From Octopus sinensis (Eukaryota): DNA of 64,000 nucleotides. Location of the stretch: the NCBI RefSeq assembly GCF_006345805.1, contig NC_043017.1, forward strand, positions 17,670,001-17,734,000, written 5' to 3'. Position 1 is the stretch's first letter. The number at the start of each line of letters is the position of its first letter. The position numbers were made by a program, and so were the translations under genes. Under the pieces are notes generated by a model. That model saw only the letters and a program-made list of their open reading frames with translations. It searched no databases and was not told the DNA's origin. Below are positions 50,691 through 62,940 of the stretch, piece by piece.

Positions 50691-51599
50691 ATTTGCTGTC
50701 TTTTTGTCACACTTCTCTTTCTATTTCTCACTCTCTAGCTGTCTCGCTTCATTCAACCCACTCTCTCTACCTTTCTCGCCTCTCCATCTTCATATTCATC
50801 AACCTTCTCACTTCAAACCTGTATCGGCCACTTTTGTTTGTGTTGTCTGTATATCTGTCTGTCTTCTGAATGTCTGTCTGTGTGGTCTCTTTGTCTCTGT
50901 CTCTGTCTGTTGCATTGAGTTCCCTGTTCTCTTACAATAAACCAGAGATGAGGCTGTCAACATGTTAACCTAGACTATTTAACTACCCCCATCTCCTACA
51001 GTGAAAGCAATCTAAAAATCCCTAGATCCTGTATACAAAGACTCAAGTAGAGCCACCTTTTGGACAAATCAACTAGGAAGCTTTTGTATGGTCATTTGGC
51101 CTGTTAGAAATAGCAGTCAATTCTCCTTTATATCACACTGTCTTTAGCAGTGGCAGGACATATTGTAAGCTGTGGTCATACATACCTGTCTGAAATATGA
51201 CTGGACAGTCATGGTTGGAACAATTTTGATCACTGGCTGACTCAAGTAAAACTGACCTGATCATCATCATGAAAAAAAACCCCAAATAGTTTGAATAAAC
51301 TGCTATTGTTATGTAAAAGTAAGGTAGGGTTCTTTTCAAATCGATACATATCTGTTCTGAAGTTGAAAAATCTGCAGCTCTAGTACAGCACAACACCAGA
51401 AGAGACTAGATAAAAAGATTTAACCAGTATTTCTTTTCATTTTCTTAGGAACAAAAATACACCCTCACCACACAAACCGTGAAGTTTTTGAGAAAACTTT
51501 TGTGAAAGATTTATATTTATGGTGAAACACTGGGTTTTAAACAACGTTTTGCATTCAAACACACCATTCTGGATAGCATCAAGGGTTTTGCTAAAATTA

Positions 51600-52530
51600 T
51601 TTCAGTATATTTTTTTGTTCTCTTTTTCAATCTGGCGATAGTTCTTTTCTACTGGCAATGATGTCCTTGATGTGTGAGCTATGGCCTTTCTTCTACCATC
51701 ATTATCCTTGTGTAGGAGCATGGATCCTATCCCATACTCACTAGCATCTGTAGCTAGTACTATCTCTAACTTTGGGTCGAAATGCGTAAGATACAAGTCT
51801 GAAGTTAACACATCTTTTAACTCGTTAAATACTTTCTGGCATTTCTCTGTTGAAACCCAATTGGCATTTTTTTAGTAATTCAGTAAGTGGTGCCTTTACC
51901 TTATATATATTTGGGATATATGCACTTGGTAATAATTTACCAAGCCTGGGAATGCTTGTAGCATTAACATGCTTGTCAAGGGCAGCATATTTCATATTCC
52001 TGTCACCCTTGATGGGTTCAGTCTGCACCCACTATCAGCGATTTTATTTTTTCCATCAAAAATTCTCATTTTTCTTATCTCAGTTTTAACCCATATTCAC
52101 TTATTCTCTCAAATACTTTCTTTATGTATTCGACGTGTTGCACCCAAGATTCACCCTTTATCAAAATATCATTGTGGTATGTGATGGCGAAGTCGCAATC
52201 ACTTAAACATCGCATCCATTATTTGCAGGAATATGGCGGGTGCCACATTTACTCCAAACAGCAGTCATTTGAACTTGTACAATCCACAATGTGTGTTGAT
52301 TGTTAGTAGATGTGTACAGTCTTCCTCTAACTGAATTTGGAGGTACACCTCTGAGAGGTCTAACTTCGAGAAATTTTTCCTTCTGTTCAGTTTAGCTAAT
52401 ATCTTTTCTGGGCTTGGTAGTGAGTAAACAGTTGTTTAATCTGGTTAAGAAATCCGTGCACACTCTTAGCTTATTATTTTTTTACATAGACCACTGGTGC
52501 TACCCAGTCTGCATGGTCAATCTTTTCAAT
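51600..52530 (-). mobile_element. Ty3/Gypsy RT-RNase H remnant
   Basis: DWVAPVVYVKK...RVCTDF...SKLDLS...FGVNVAPAIF; LTHFDPKLEIVLATDASEYGIG...EKNYRQIEKE. Confidence 0.88.
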
Positions 52531-52583
52531 CATATATACACACACATACACACATGGCTCAATAGTTTATAATGTGCTAAAAG

Positions 52584-52970
52584 GTGGAGGCGCAATGGCC
52601 CAGTGGTTAGGGCAGCAGACACGCGGTCATAGGATCGCGGTTTCGATTCCCAGACCGGGTGTTGTGAGTGTTTATTGAGCGAAAACACCTAAAAGCTCCA
52701 CGAGGCTCTGGCAGGGATGGTGGTGATCCCTGCTGTACTCTTTCACCACAACTTTCTCTCACTCGTACTTCCTGTTTCTGTTGTACCTGTATTTCAAAGG
52801 GCCGGCCTTGTCACTCTCTGTGTCACGCTGAATATCCCCGAGAACTACGTTAAGGGTACATGTGTCTGTGGAGTGCTCAGCCACTTACACATTAATTTCA
52901 CGAGTAGGCTGTTCCGTTGATCGGATCAACCGGAACCCTCATCGTCGTAACCGACGGAGTGCTTCCATCC
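52584..52970 (+). mobile_element. SINE family D, tail type 1, with a 13 bp TSD
   Basis: AATGTGCTAAAAG (52571) and AATTTGCTAAAAG (52971). Confidence 0.92.
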
Positions 52971-53644
52971 AATTTGCTAAAAGTTGATTTGTTGTGAGGT
53001 TTGGTAATCTAAACTGTTATACACTGGTTTCTAATGTTTAGTTGTCTAAAATACGATTTTACTGGCCCTTGGTGTTGTTTTGCAGTCTACAATATAGTTT
53101 AATAGTCATAAAGGAGATTCAGTGGCCTTCATTATTACTTCCCAGTGTCTTCTATGATTTATTCATTTTTAATGTGGATTGCTAACCTTTAATCTGATTT
53201 CACAGTTGATTACATAAATTATTGGTCAATAATGGGATTTAATAATTATCTCTGGTGTTTTCATTGATCTCTATTATTTATTGAGTTTCACTATGATTTA
53301 TCAATCTATAATATGATTTCTTTGTTTCCAGCTTTTGGTTTGGTGCAATGTAGTACTCTCCAGCATACTTTAGTATACTCAGATGGAATTCATTGATTGC
53401 CAATACAATTTATTGATCTACAATGAGATCTGTTGATTAACATTGTGGCTTCAATGTAAGTTACAAGTCTACAGAGTCATTTATCAACCTACAATGTGAT
53501 TCATTAACCTCCAAGAATAGAACATGTTGCTCTTCATTGCTGTTTACTGACCTACAAGGTGGTTTATAGCTGTTGAGTGGAATTTATTGTTTCCAATTAT
53601 ATTTAGTAATGTGCTTTATTGGGCTACAATATAAGTTATCGCTC

Positions 53645-53830
53645 AATAATGTGATTTATTGATCTATAATGTGATCGACTGGTCTATAATGTGATTGGTT
53701 GATCTCAATGTGATTCAGCAATCTGCAATGTGATTTATTGATCTGTAATGTGATTTAGTGAGCTACAACGTGATTTGTTGATCTGCAATGTGATTGATTT
53801 GTTTACACTGTGGTCTGGTGATGTATGATG
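53645..53830. repeat. Degenerate 20 bp tandem repeat (AATGTGATTTATTGATCTAT), about 9 units
   Basis: Direct reading; looser copies extend to ~53100. Confidence 0.85.
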
Positions 53831-54320
53831 CAGTTAATGTTCCATGTAGTTTCTTGGGTTGAAATTATATCTACTGGCTTGGGTGAAACCACTGCAAAAA
53901 TGATTTATTTCAAACAAAAGTGAGATAGTATCTGAGTGAGTGAGTAAGAAGGAGAAGGAGGGGGGAGGCCAAATAAAAATGTAAATACAGAGAAAGACTG
54001 ACAGAAATAAAGAAAAAAAAAACTAAAACAACACTAAGAAACAAGAAACTGCATGGAATTAATAACAATGTCTTTTAGCTACGTTTTTCCTGTTGTGGAA
54101 AGGAAGTGTAGACTTCAGTGTATGTGGATCTTGTCAAATTTCTTCATGCTTCATTTGACCTTTAAAATAACAGTTCACAAAAACATATACAGTTCAATAA
54201 TCAATAGGGTGTTTTGTGATTTATTTCTAAAGTACTATAGTGATGGGTTTCGGTCAATACTGTGAGCATAATGGTACGATATTGATTAGTTCAGACTAAA
54301 TGCTGGGTGTAGATAAATGG

Positions 54321-54366
<46 letters not shown>

Positions 54367-54383
54367 ACACACACATATATATA

Positions 54384-55080
54384 TAATCATCATCATCATC
54401 ATCATCATCATTTAATGTCTGTTGTCCATGCTGGAATGGGTTGGATGGTTTGACCAGGGCTGGCAAGCTGGAAGGTTGCACCAGACTCCAGTCTGATCTG
54501 GCATGGTTTCTATGGGTGGATGCCCTTCCTAATACCAACCAACCACTCTGAGAGTGTATGTCACTGGTGCCATTTGCGTGACACCAGTGTCTGCTATGAC
54601 AGCGATTTTACGTAGCTTGATGGGTCTTCTTCTGCAGCACAATATAATGCCAAAGATCTCGGTCATTTGTAATTGCCTCTGTGAGGCCCAACACTCGAAA
54701 TGAGCTTTTCACATGCCTCCAGCATCAGCCACTTTGCTTCCATGAGGCCAAACACTCAAAAGGTGCTTTTTATGTGCCAGTTGCATTGCATCAACATCGG
54801 GCACGACTGCGATTGATGAGTCTTCTCAAGCACAGCGTATTGCCAAAGATCTTAGTCACTAGTCATTGCCTCTTTCAAGCCCAAAGTTCGAAGATCATGC
54901 TTCACCACCTTATCCCATGTCTTCTTAGGTCTACCTCTACCACAGGTTCCCTCCACAGTTAGAGATTGGCTCTTCCTTACACAGCTGTCCTTGTCCATGT
55001 GTATTACATAACCATATTAGCAGTCGTCTCTCTTGCATACATTTGATGCTTCTTATGCCCAACTTTTCTCTCAAGATACT
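54384..55080 (-). mobile_element. 5'-truncated RTE LINE
   Basis: LREKLGIRSIKC...ERRLL..., then 3' UTR and (GAT)n tail. Confidence 0.88.
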
Positions 55081-55093
55081 AACACACAAACAC

Positions 55094-55128
<35 letters not shown>

Positions 55129-55143
55129 CACACATACACACAC

Positions 55144-55399
55144 AAGACAAGGTACAAATAGTGGTCATTACATATTTTTCGTTTATTAGAGTAAGTTTGG
55201 CTTACAGCTGTTTCCAACAGTCATTATAAGTACATTACTGATAGGTTTACTCAATTTGGTTTATTGATCAGTTGAGAAAAATTGAACAGCTTAAAAAAAT
55301 TAATGCTCAATAGACCAATTGATTAAACCTATCAGCTGTAAGTCAAGTTTACTCTGATAAAGGAAAAATATGTAAGGACCATTGTTTATACCTTGTCTT
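55144..55399. mobile_element. Almost fully palindromic ~256 bp MITE
   Basis: AAGACAAGGTACAAATAGTGGTC...CTTACAGCTG mirrors CAGCTGTAAG...GACCATTGTTTATACCTTGTCTT; inner arms are also inverted. Confidence 0.82.
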
Positions 55400-55606
55400 A
55401 TATATATCACCTTGTGTAAATACCAGTTTGATTGGAGCCCTATAATGGATTTACAGTATAGAATTGTGATGAACCATAACCTCAGACACTACCATAAGAA
55501 TACTTGGAGTTCTTCACTAATCTAAGCAATATTGTTAGCCTGGTGTGCCAGCAGAGAGCTTATGAAGTATTTTGCCTGGATTGATAATACATCACTATTA
55601 GCTCTG

Positions 55607-55642
<36 letters not shown>

Positions 55643-55957
55643 AATGAAGGATAAAACCTTTTTCGAAAAAAATTCTTTTCATCCTACATTAGATATATAT
55701 ATATATATATATCTAATGTGGGATAAAACCTTTTTCGAAAAAAATTCTTTTCGAAAAAAAATTTTATCAATGGCCAGCATATTAAAAAATACCTTTAAAG
55801 GTTAAATTCATAAACAATTCATAAATAAGGGCAAACGAATTTCAATGCCAAATATGCCGAAAAATTGGACATATTGTCCATTAACCATTAATTTTTTCAC
55901 AATCCACATGCTACTCGAAAAAAGGTCGACAGAAATTTCTAAAAAATTCCATTATTA

Positions 55958-56016
55958 CCATATCGGACCAATTTCGGGGTTAGCTTATAACAGCCCTCCC
56001 TTCGTCAGTGATACAT
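55958..56016 (-). ncRNA. Minimal type I hammerhead ribozyme motif, copy 1
   Basis: GTATCA-CTGACGA-AGGGAGGGCT[GTTATA]AGCTAACCCC-GAAA-TTG-GTC|CGATAT; predicted cut between 55966 and 55965. Confidence 0.72.
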
Positions 56017-56452
56017 GTGGCAAAAGAAATAAATGAGATACTTACTCATACCCATGGAAGAAGCAAACACTAAGTCATGAGCACAATTAAGTACCCCAAA
56101 TACATCCAAAATAGAAATACTCCAGCCCATTCGAGACACGTGCGATTTGAACTGATGCTCTCACAGAGTGAAAGAGTCCAGAAGTGAACGCTTAAATTTA
56201 TATCTAATGTAGGATAAAACCTTTTTCAAAAAAAATTCTTTTCCAAAAAATTTTTATCAATGGCCAGCATATTAAAAAATACCTTTAAAGGTTAAATTCA
56301 TAAACAATTCATAAATAAGGGCAAACGAAAAAATTTTCAATGCCAAATATGCCGAAAAATTGAACATATTGTCCATTAACCATTAATTTTTTCACAATCC
56401 GCACGCTACTTGAAAAAAGGTCGACAGAAATTTCTAAAAAATTCCATTATTA

Positions 56453-56511
56453 CCATATCGAACCGATTTCAGGGTTAGCTTATAACAGCCCTCCCTTCGT
56501 CAGTGATACAT
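56453..56511 (-). ncRNA. Minimal type I hammerhead ribozyme motif, copy 2
   Basis: GTATCA-CTGACGA-AGGG...CCCT-GAAA-TCG-GTT|CGATAT; A-U closes stem II; predicted cut between 56461 and 56460. Confidence 0.72.
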
Positions 56512-56783
56512 GTGGCAAAGGAAATAAATGAGATACTTACTCATACCCATGGAAGAAGCAAACACTAAGTCATGAGCACAATTAAGTACCCCAAATACAT
56601 CCAAAATAGAAATACTCCAGCCCATTCGAGACACGTGCGGTTTGAACTGATGCTCTCACAGAGTGAAAGAGTCCGGAAGTGAAAGCTTAAATTTATATCT
56701 AATGTAGGATAAAACCTTTTTCGAAAAAAATTCTTTTCCAAAAAAATTTTATCAATGGCCAGCATATTAAAAAATACCTTTAA

Positions 56784-57004
56784 CCCTTTAGCATTCAAAC
56801 CGGCCATATCCAGCCAAAATATTTAACCTGTTTTATATTGAAACAGACCAGACCTCGCCTCTCATCTCAGCCCTACCATGACATTCTAAAACTAAAAAAA
56901 TCACATCACTGCAATCTCTAAACTACAAGATAATACATGATTAATTCAAAACAATATAAATAAACAAACATCACATTTGACAAAGTAATCTGAACACTAA
57001 AGGG
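56784..57004. mobile_element. piggyBac-like MITE inserted in the third repeat unit
   Basis: TTAA|CCCTTTAG...CTAAAGGG|TTAA at a TTAA of the host unit. Confidence 0.9.
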
Positions 57005-57461
57005 TTAAAGGTTAAATTCATAAATAAGGGCAAACGAAAAAATTTTCAATGCCAAATATGCCGAAAAATTGGCGTGCTAGCGTTTCTGCCAGCTCGCCAC
57101 CTCAGTCACAAACCATCGAGTCTCATCCTCAACTCCTTCATTTTTATGCGGTTGTTGCAATATTTCTTCATCCATTCTTTTCTTATTCAGTTTTTTCAGA
57201 TAGTTTCCATGGATGCGTTTCTTCTTGCTATTGCTTAACCACAGCCTTGTGAAGCCATAGTTTTAGCTTGCCACTTAACCTTTTCACATTTTCTCTTATT
57301 TCTTCTTACAAGTCTCTCTTATTTCAACTTCTATATCATAGTCTTGTCTTCTTCCAAAACAGAAAACAGTTTTTTTTTTTGCTTGTAATATTAAGTTAAT
57401 TATATTAACTTCCCATTATTCCTAACTCAATATTTTTGTAGTCCTGTTGTGGATATTTTAA

Positions 57462-58124
57462 CCCTTTAGTGTTTAAACCAGCCATATCCGGCACAAATAT
57501 TCTACATGTTTTATTTTCAAACTGGCGATATCTAGCCTTTCACACCTACCCTACATTGACACTCTAAAAATAAACAATCACAACATTGAAACCTCAAAAG
57601 CTATAAGATAATGCATGATTAATTCAAGTTGATGATGATGAATTTGAATCATCATCATCATCATTTAACGTCCGCTTTCCATGCTAGCATGGGTTGGACG
57701 GTTCAACTGGGGTCTGGGGAGCCCGAAGGCTGCACCAGGCCAGTCAGATCTGGCAGTGTTTCTACAGCTGGATGCCCTTCCTAACGCCAACCACTCCGAG
57801 AGTGTAGTGGGTGATTTTATGTGCCACCGACACAGGTGCCAGACGAGGCTGGCGAACGGCCACGCTCGGATGGTGTTTTTTATGTGCCACCGACACAGGT
57901 GCCAGATGAGGCTGGCGAACGGCCACGATCGGATGGTGTTTGTTACGTGCCCACAGCACGGAGGCCAGTTGATGCGGTACTGGCTACGGCCATGTTCGGA
58001 TGGTTCTCTTGTGTGCCACCGGCACTGGTACCACAAAGATACAAATTCCATTGATGTTCATCTATTTTGATTTGGTTTGATGAAGAAGTATTACATTTAA
58101 CAGAATAATTTAAACACTAAAGGG
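57462..58124. mobile_element. piggyBac-like MITE interrupted by an RTE 3' fragment (57650-58080, minus strand)
   Basis: TTAA|CCCTTTAGTGTTTAAA...TTTAAACACTAAAGGG|TTAA. Confidence 0.88.
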
Positions 58125-58849
58125 TTAAATAGTTTTCCAGTTGCATAAGGCTGCTAACTCTTAATATCCATGGTAAATATAATCTTTCAGGTCAAATTTT
58201 GTGTTAAACATTCAAACTACCGTCAATATTTTTCTTGTTTTTCAGTTTAGTCTTTCTCCTTCATTTAGTGTCCAATTGAGAATATTATAATTAGTAACTG
58301 ATTACCAGCACAACTGGTAATATCAATGCCTATTACTTCAGTTTTGTTTCTTATTTATTTGTCTATTTTTCAGTATTGACCTAATATAATATCTATAATA
58401 TTCCCTCATCTGTGTGTGTTCTTCACCATGTCTGCTACACCGATTCCTAACTATTTGTATGTCTAGGGTTGGTCATATTCTCAGTTTCTCTATCTATCAT
58501 ATTGATGTTCCGAATTGTTGTTGTTATTGTTGTTATGATGATGATTACTGTTATTATTATTTAGTAGTAGTAGTAGTAGTAGTAGTAAACAAGTTCAACA
58601 GAAACAATAACCCATCAAGAAAAACCCAATAACAACAACAAAAACAAATAACAAAAAAAAATTTTTTTTAAAACAAGCAACAATAACAGCATCCAAATTT
58701 TCAGTTCATAATCTCCGTATTTTTCCACATTATTTTGCAAATGGGTGTGGGGGTGGAGGCAGGTGGGGAATTGAATTTTGAAATACCAATTTTTCCCCCT
58801 TTTTTTTTTTTTTCAGATTTGTAATCTCCGTACTTGAAAACGGGGGTTT

Positions 58850-58886
<37 letters not shown>

Positions 58887-59005
58887 GGGGTTTTGGATGG
58901 AGGGTACAAAAGGAAATCTTTGGAAACTAGCCCCTCAGCTTGCTAGCCCTGGTCAAGCGATCCAACTCATATCAGCATGGACAACGGATGTTAAATGATG
59001 ATGAT

Positions 59006-59057
<52 letters not shown>

Positions 59058-59675
59058 TACTAAAAGGAAGACAGAAATGAAGACTAAAAAGTTGCTTCTT
59101 CTTTTCTTCTTATACACAGAATGCAAAGCTTATTTATAACACTAATGTACCATAAATTTGTTTTTTCATTGGGAGACAACTTTATTTGCCAATCGATAAT
59201 CTAGAAGCAGCGAAGCACAGTCACTGTTCTAGATTTCCGAGTGAAGAATATTCCCAATGCATTCCAATTATATCTGAATTTCCTTCAAAGGAAAAATATC
59301 CACTGACCAGCTTTTTATCAAACGATATCAAGTAGGTTTTTTTTTTGTGGTTGACTTTTCTAGTTTTGTCGCCACCATTTTGTTGTATTTGAGGCCTGGA
59401 GAAATTTATATGACATCTAGGCTGAAAAAAAAACATAATTTAATGAAATGAAATAATAATAATAATAATAATAAAGAGAATAAAGATGAGATTGATTGGA
59501 ATAGAACCTGGCAATGACTACAGAAAAGAGACTTAAAAGGGCCCACGGAGGCATTAGTTTGCAGCTCTCAAGAAGAAGCTCTCAGAACAAATCACTCCAA
59601 ATATCACATTGATAAAAGCACTGACTCATCACAATGTAGGATGTGCTCTGAGAAGGGAGAAAGTATAAGCCATAT

Positions 59676-59908
59676 TGGCGGCGAGCTGGCAGAATCGTTA
59701 GCACGCCGGGCGAAATGCGTAGCCGTATTTCGTCTGCCGTTACGTTGTGAGTTCAAATTTCGCCGAGGTCGACTTTGCCTTTCATCCTTTCGGGGTTGGT
59801 AAATAAAGTACCTGTTATGCACTGGGGCCGATGTAATCGACTTAATCCCTTTGTCTGTCTTTGTTTGTCCCCTCTATGTTTAGCCCCTTGTGGGCAATAA
59901 AGAAATAC
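59676..59908 (+). mobile_element. SINE family B
   Basis: Full head and tail. Confidence 0.9.
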
Positions 59909-60510
59909 ATATTGTTGGTGAGTGCTGTAAGCTTGCACAATATGAATATAAAAGGAGACTCAACAATGTGGCCAGATAGGTCCACTGGCTGTTGTACAGT
60001 AAAGCAAACCTTGAGAGAGCTGAACAATGGTATGAACACAAGCCAGAAGGAGTAATGGAAAATGAACATTAGAAAGAACTCTGGGATTTTAACATGCAGT
60101 GCGACCAAATCACAGAGGTGGGGCGACCAGATACCATGCTCATCTATAAAGATGAAAAAAAGTAAAGATAATAGATGTTGCAATACCAGGTGATTCAAGA
60201 GTGAAAAGTAAGGAAACAGAAAAGATTGAGAAATACTAGCCACTGCGGGATGAGATAGGAAAGTAATGGTGATACCAGTGGTAATTGGAGCATTAGGAGC
60301 ATTTTCCAAGGGCTTTAAAAAACGTTAAGAATATTGTCAGGCTTGAGAGGACCCTGAAAACAGCATTGTTGGGTACAGTTCACCTTCTAAGGAGAGTATT
60401 ATCTCTTTGAGTCACATGAGAAGGCACTACTTGAAACCTTTGGTAATTTGTTGTTGCCTGCTTTCAAGTAAAGAATAAATTATAATTAAGAACTATCCGA
60501 GAGGCTTTCC
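59908..60510 (+). mobile_element. R4/Dong-like RLE 3' end
   Basis: HIVGEC..LAQYEYKRR..NVAR*VHW...WYEHKPEGVMEN...LWDFNMQCD...RPD...IDVAIPGD...EKIEKY...PVVIGALG. Confidence 0.85.
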
Positions 60511-60511
60511 C

Positions 60512-60563
<52 letters not shown>

Positions 60564-60569
60564 CAATAC

Positions 60570-60896
60570 ATGTTGTCATAGGTGCCCTGGGAATGATAGC
60601 GAAAGGGGCTGATTGCTACCTAAAATGGCAGAAATTCAAAAGATAGTGCTCATGAGAACTGCTCATGTCCTACGCAAAATACTTTCTATGTAATCTCAGG
60701 GTTTAAAACTAACATAATTTTCGTTTTTTTGTTTGTTTTTTTGGGGACATTCACTAGTACAACACCAAAAAACCCAAATATATGGCACACTAGGCATAAC
60801 AACATGAACTTCCAACCTGTTGTCTCTTGAGGTCTCTGGGTGAGACTTGGAGCCAACTTGTACAAATATAAAGCAAAAGTCAAATATAGAATAATA

Positions 60897-60900
<4 letters not shown>
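60570..60900 (+). mobile_element. Second R4/Dong-like 3' end with 3' UTR
   Basis: VVIGALGMIAKG...EIQKIVLMRTAHVLRKILSM*. Confidence 0.75.
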
Positions 60901-60928
<28 letters not shown>

Positions 60929-62089
60929 GGTGGTGGTGGTGGTGGCGGCGACGACGACGACGACGACAAATCAGACAAATCATCTTTTTATAGGCTATAT
61001 GATGATTTGGGCAAAAAAAAAGAAACAGCTTGAAAGTCTGGTACATACAGTTCACATTTTCTCAAATGATGTAGGTATGGAATTTGAGATCACAAAGTGA
61101 GCCATGTTGAAAATATAACAAGAAGGAAGCTGAGGTATAATGACACACAACCTGACTGTAAAAGATCTATGTGTTGGAGATCAACAAACGCATCAATGCA
61201 CACACACACACACACACGTGTATCTGAATGTGTATGCATGCTCTCTTTAACATATTTTGTGTGGTAAATTGAAATGTCTTTATGTTTCTTATTTCACATG
61301 GAACCAATTTCATTGGTTCCAGGTGAAAAGTCAAAATTGACTAAAAAAAAACAACAACAAAAATGAATTAAAGAAAATAAAAATTTATCTTTTTTTTTTT
61401 TCCTTTTCCTTGAAATAGAAATTTTCAGGTTTTTCGAGAAAATATTTATTTTTGTAAATAGATCTATTTTATAGTCTGGAATGGTAGAAGGTGGTATGTC
61501 TTCTACTTAACAAACCAATTGAAAATGAATATAAATATATACATACATGCATATAAACATAAATATAGATGTATATACTTATACATATAACATCATCATC
61601 ATTATTATTTTTTTATTATTATTGCCATTATGGCTATTATTAATTGGTATTTGCATAGTGTGCAACAACCATGCATGATATGTGCGAATATATGCATACA
61701 TATACACACACATGCATACGTACACACACATATCCATTTCATAAGCAAGCAATGTCTTCTACTCATTATTATTTCAGCTGAGTTTTTCCATCAATATCTT
61801 TCTGTTTCCAATTATTTTTGCTGATAAATTCTTGAGAATAACATAAAACAAGGACCATATCAAAATAATAGAAAATATTTTCTTCCACATCCTTTGACTG
61901 ATATGAAGAGAGATATAGAAAGAAGCGTAGAGAATGACAAAGTCTCAGCATTGGGCTGATACTTTTTATATCAACCCTGAGAGAATAAAAGGCAAAGTGG
62001 ACCGTTGCTGGATTTGAACCTGGAGTGAGATCTGGAATATTCTATCTGATACTTTTCATCAATCAACCAACTTATCAAGCTTATATATA

Positions 62090-62242
62090 TTTCTTTACTA
62101 CCACAAGGGGCTAAACACAGAGGGGACAAACAAGGACAGACAAACAGATGAAGTCAATTACATCGACCCCAGTGCGTAACTAGTACTTTATTTATCGACC
62201 CCGAAAGGATGAAAGGCAAAGTCGACCTCGGCGGAATTTGAG
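62090..62242 (-). mobile_element. SINE family B 3' part
   Basis: Tail and core motifs. Confidence 0.85.
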
Positions 62243-62469
62243 CTTATATATGTTCACCAACAGTGTGTGAATTATGTTAAAAGGATTTATTATTGTTTAA
62301 GAGTAAAGTGTGGCAAATTACTCTACCATCCAAAACTAACATAACTGTAGGGATGTCATCTATATGTATCTCTGAGGATAATGCTCCGGTATGGCCACAT
62401 TCCACTGACTGAAACCAGTAAAAATAAATAAAATTAGAGCTACAAAGAAGGACAATTTATTATGTTGAA

Positions 62470-62695
62470 CCCTTTAGCATTCAGATTATTTTCTCAAATG
62501 TATTGTTTTATTATTCAAATTGTTTTGAATATTAATTCAAGACAATGCATTATCTTGTATCACTGAGAATTTTGATAATGTGATTGTTTATTTTGGAATA
62601 ACATTGCAGAGTGGTGTGAAAGGCCTGATCTGGTTAGTCTGAACATAAAACATGTAGAATATTTGGGGTGTATGTGGTGTTTGAATGCTAAAGGG
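62470..62695. mobile_element. piggyBac-like MITE
   Basis: TGAA|CCCTTTAGCATTCA...TGAATGCTAAAGGG|TTAA. Confidence 0.82.
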
Positions 62696-62739
62696 TTAAA
62701 AAAAAAATCAAAGAATTTGAAAGGATCTGGAAATAATTA

Positions 62740-62915
62740 TTGGTTTTATTTTTTACTTTTTATTTTTTATTTTTTACTTTTTTTTTACTTTTTTTTACTT
62801 TTTATTTTTTACTTTTTTTACTTTTTATTTTTTATTTTTTATTTTTTACTTTTTATTTTTTTATTTTTTACTTTTTTTTACTTTTTTTACTTTTTTTTAC
62901 TTTTTATTATTATTA
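62740..62915. repeat. T-rich 7-9 bp tandem repeat (TTTTTTAC/TTTTTTAT)
   Basis: Direct reading. Confidence 0.92.
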
Positions 62916-62940
62916 TATATATATATATATATATATTATA

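Larger units (their letters stand above)
55712..57070 (-). repeat. ~495 bp tandem repeat (units 55712-56202, 56203-56697, partial third) bearing hammerhead motifs
   Basis: Near-identical units of 491 and 495 bp starting after (TA)n; third unit interrupted by a MITE and truncated by a SINE B head. Confidence 0.95.

Noticed and set aside
59221-59436. Minus-strand ORF with a strong acceptor (TTTTTTTTTCAG)
   Set aside because: No recognisable protein, weak donor and early stop from the ATG; cannot be supported without RNA data
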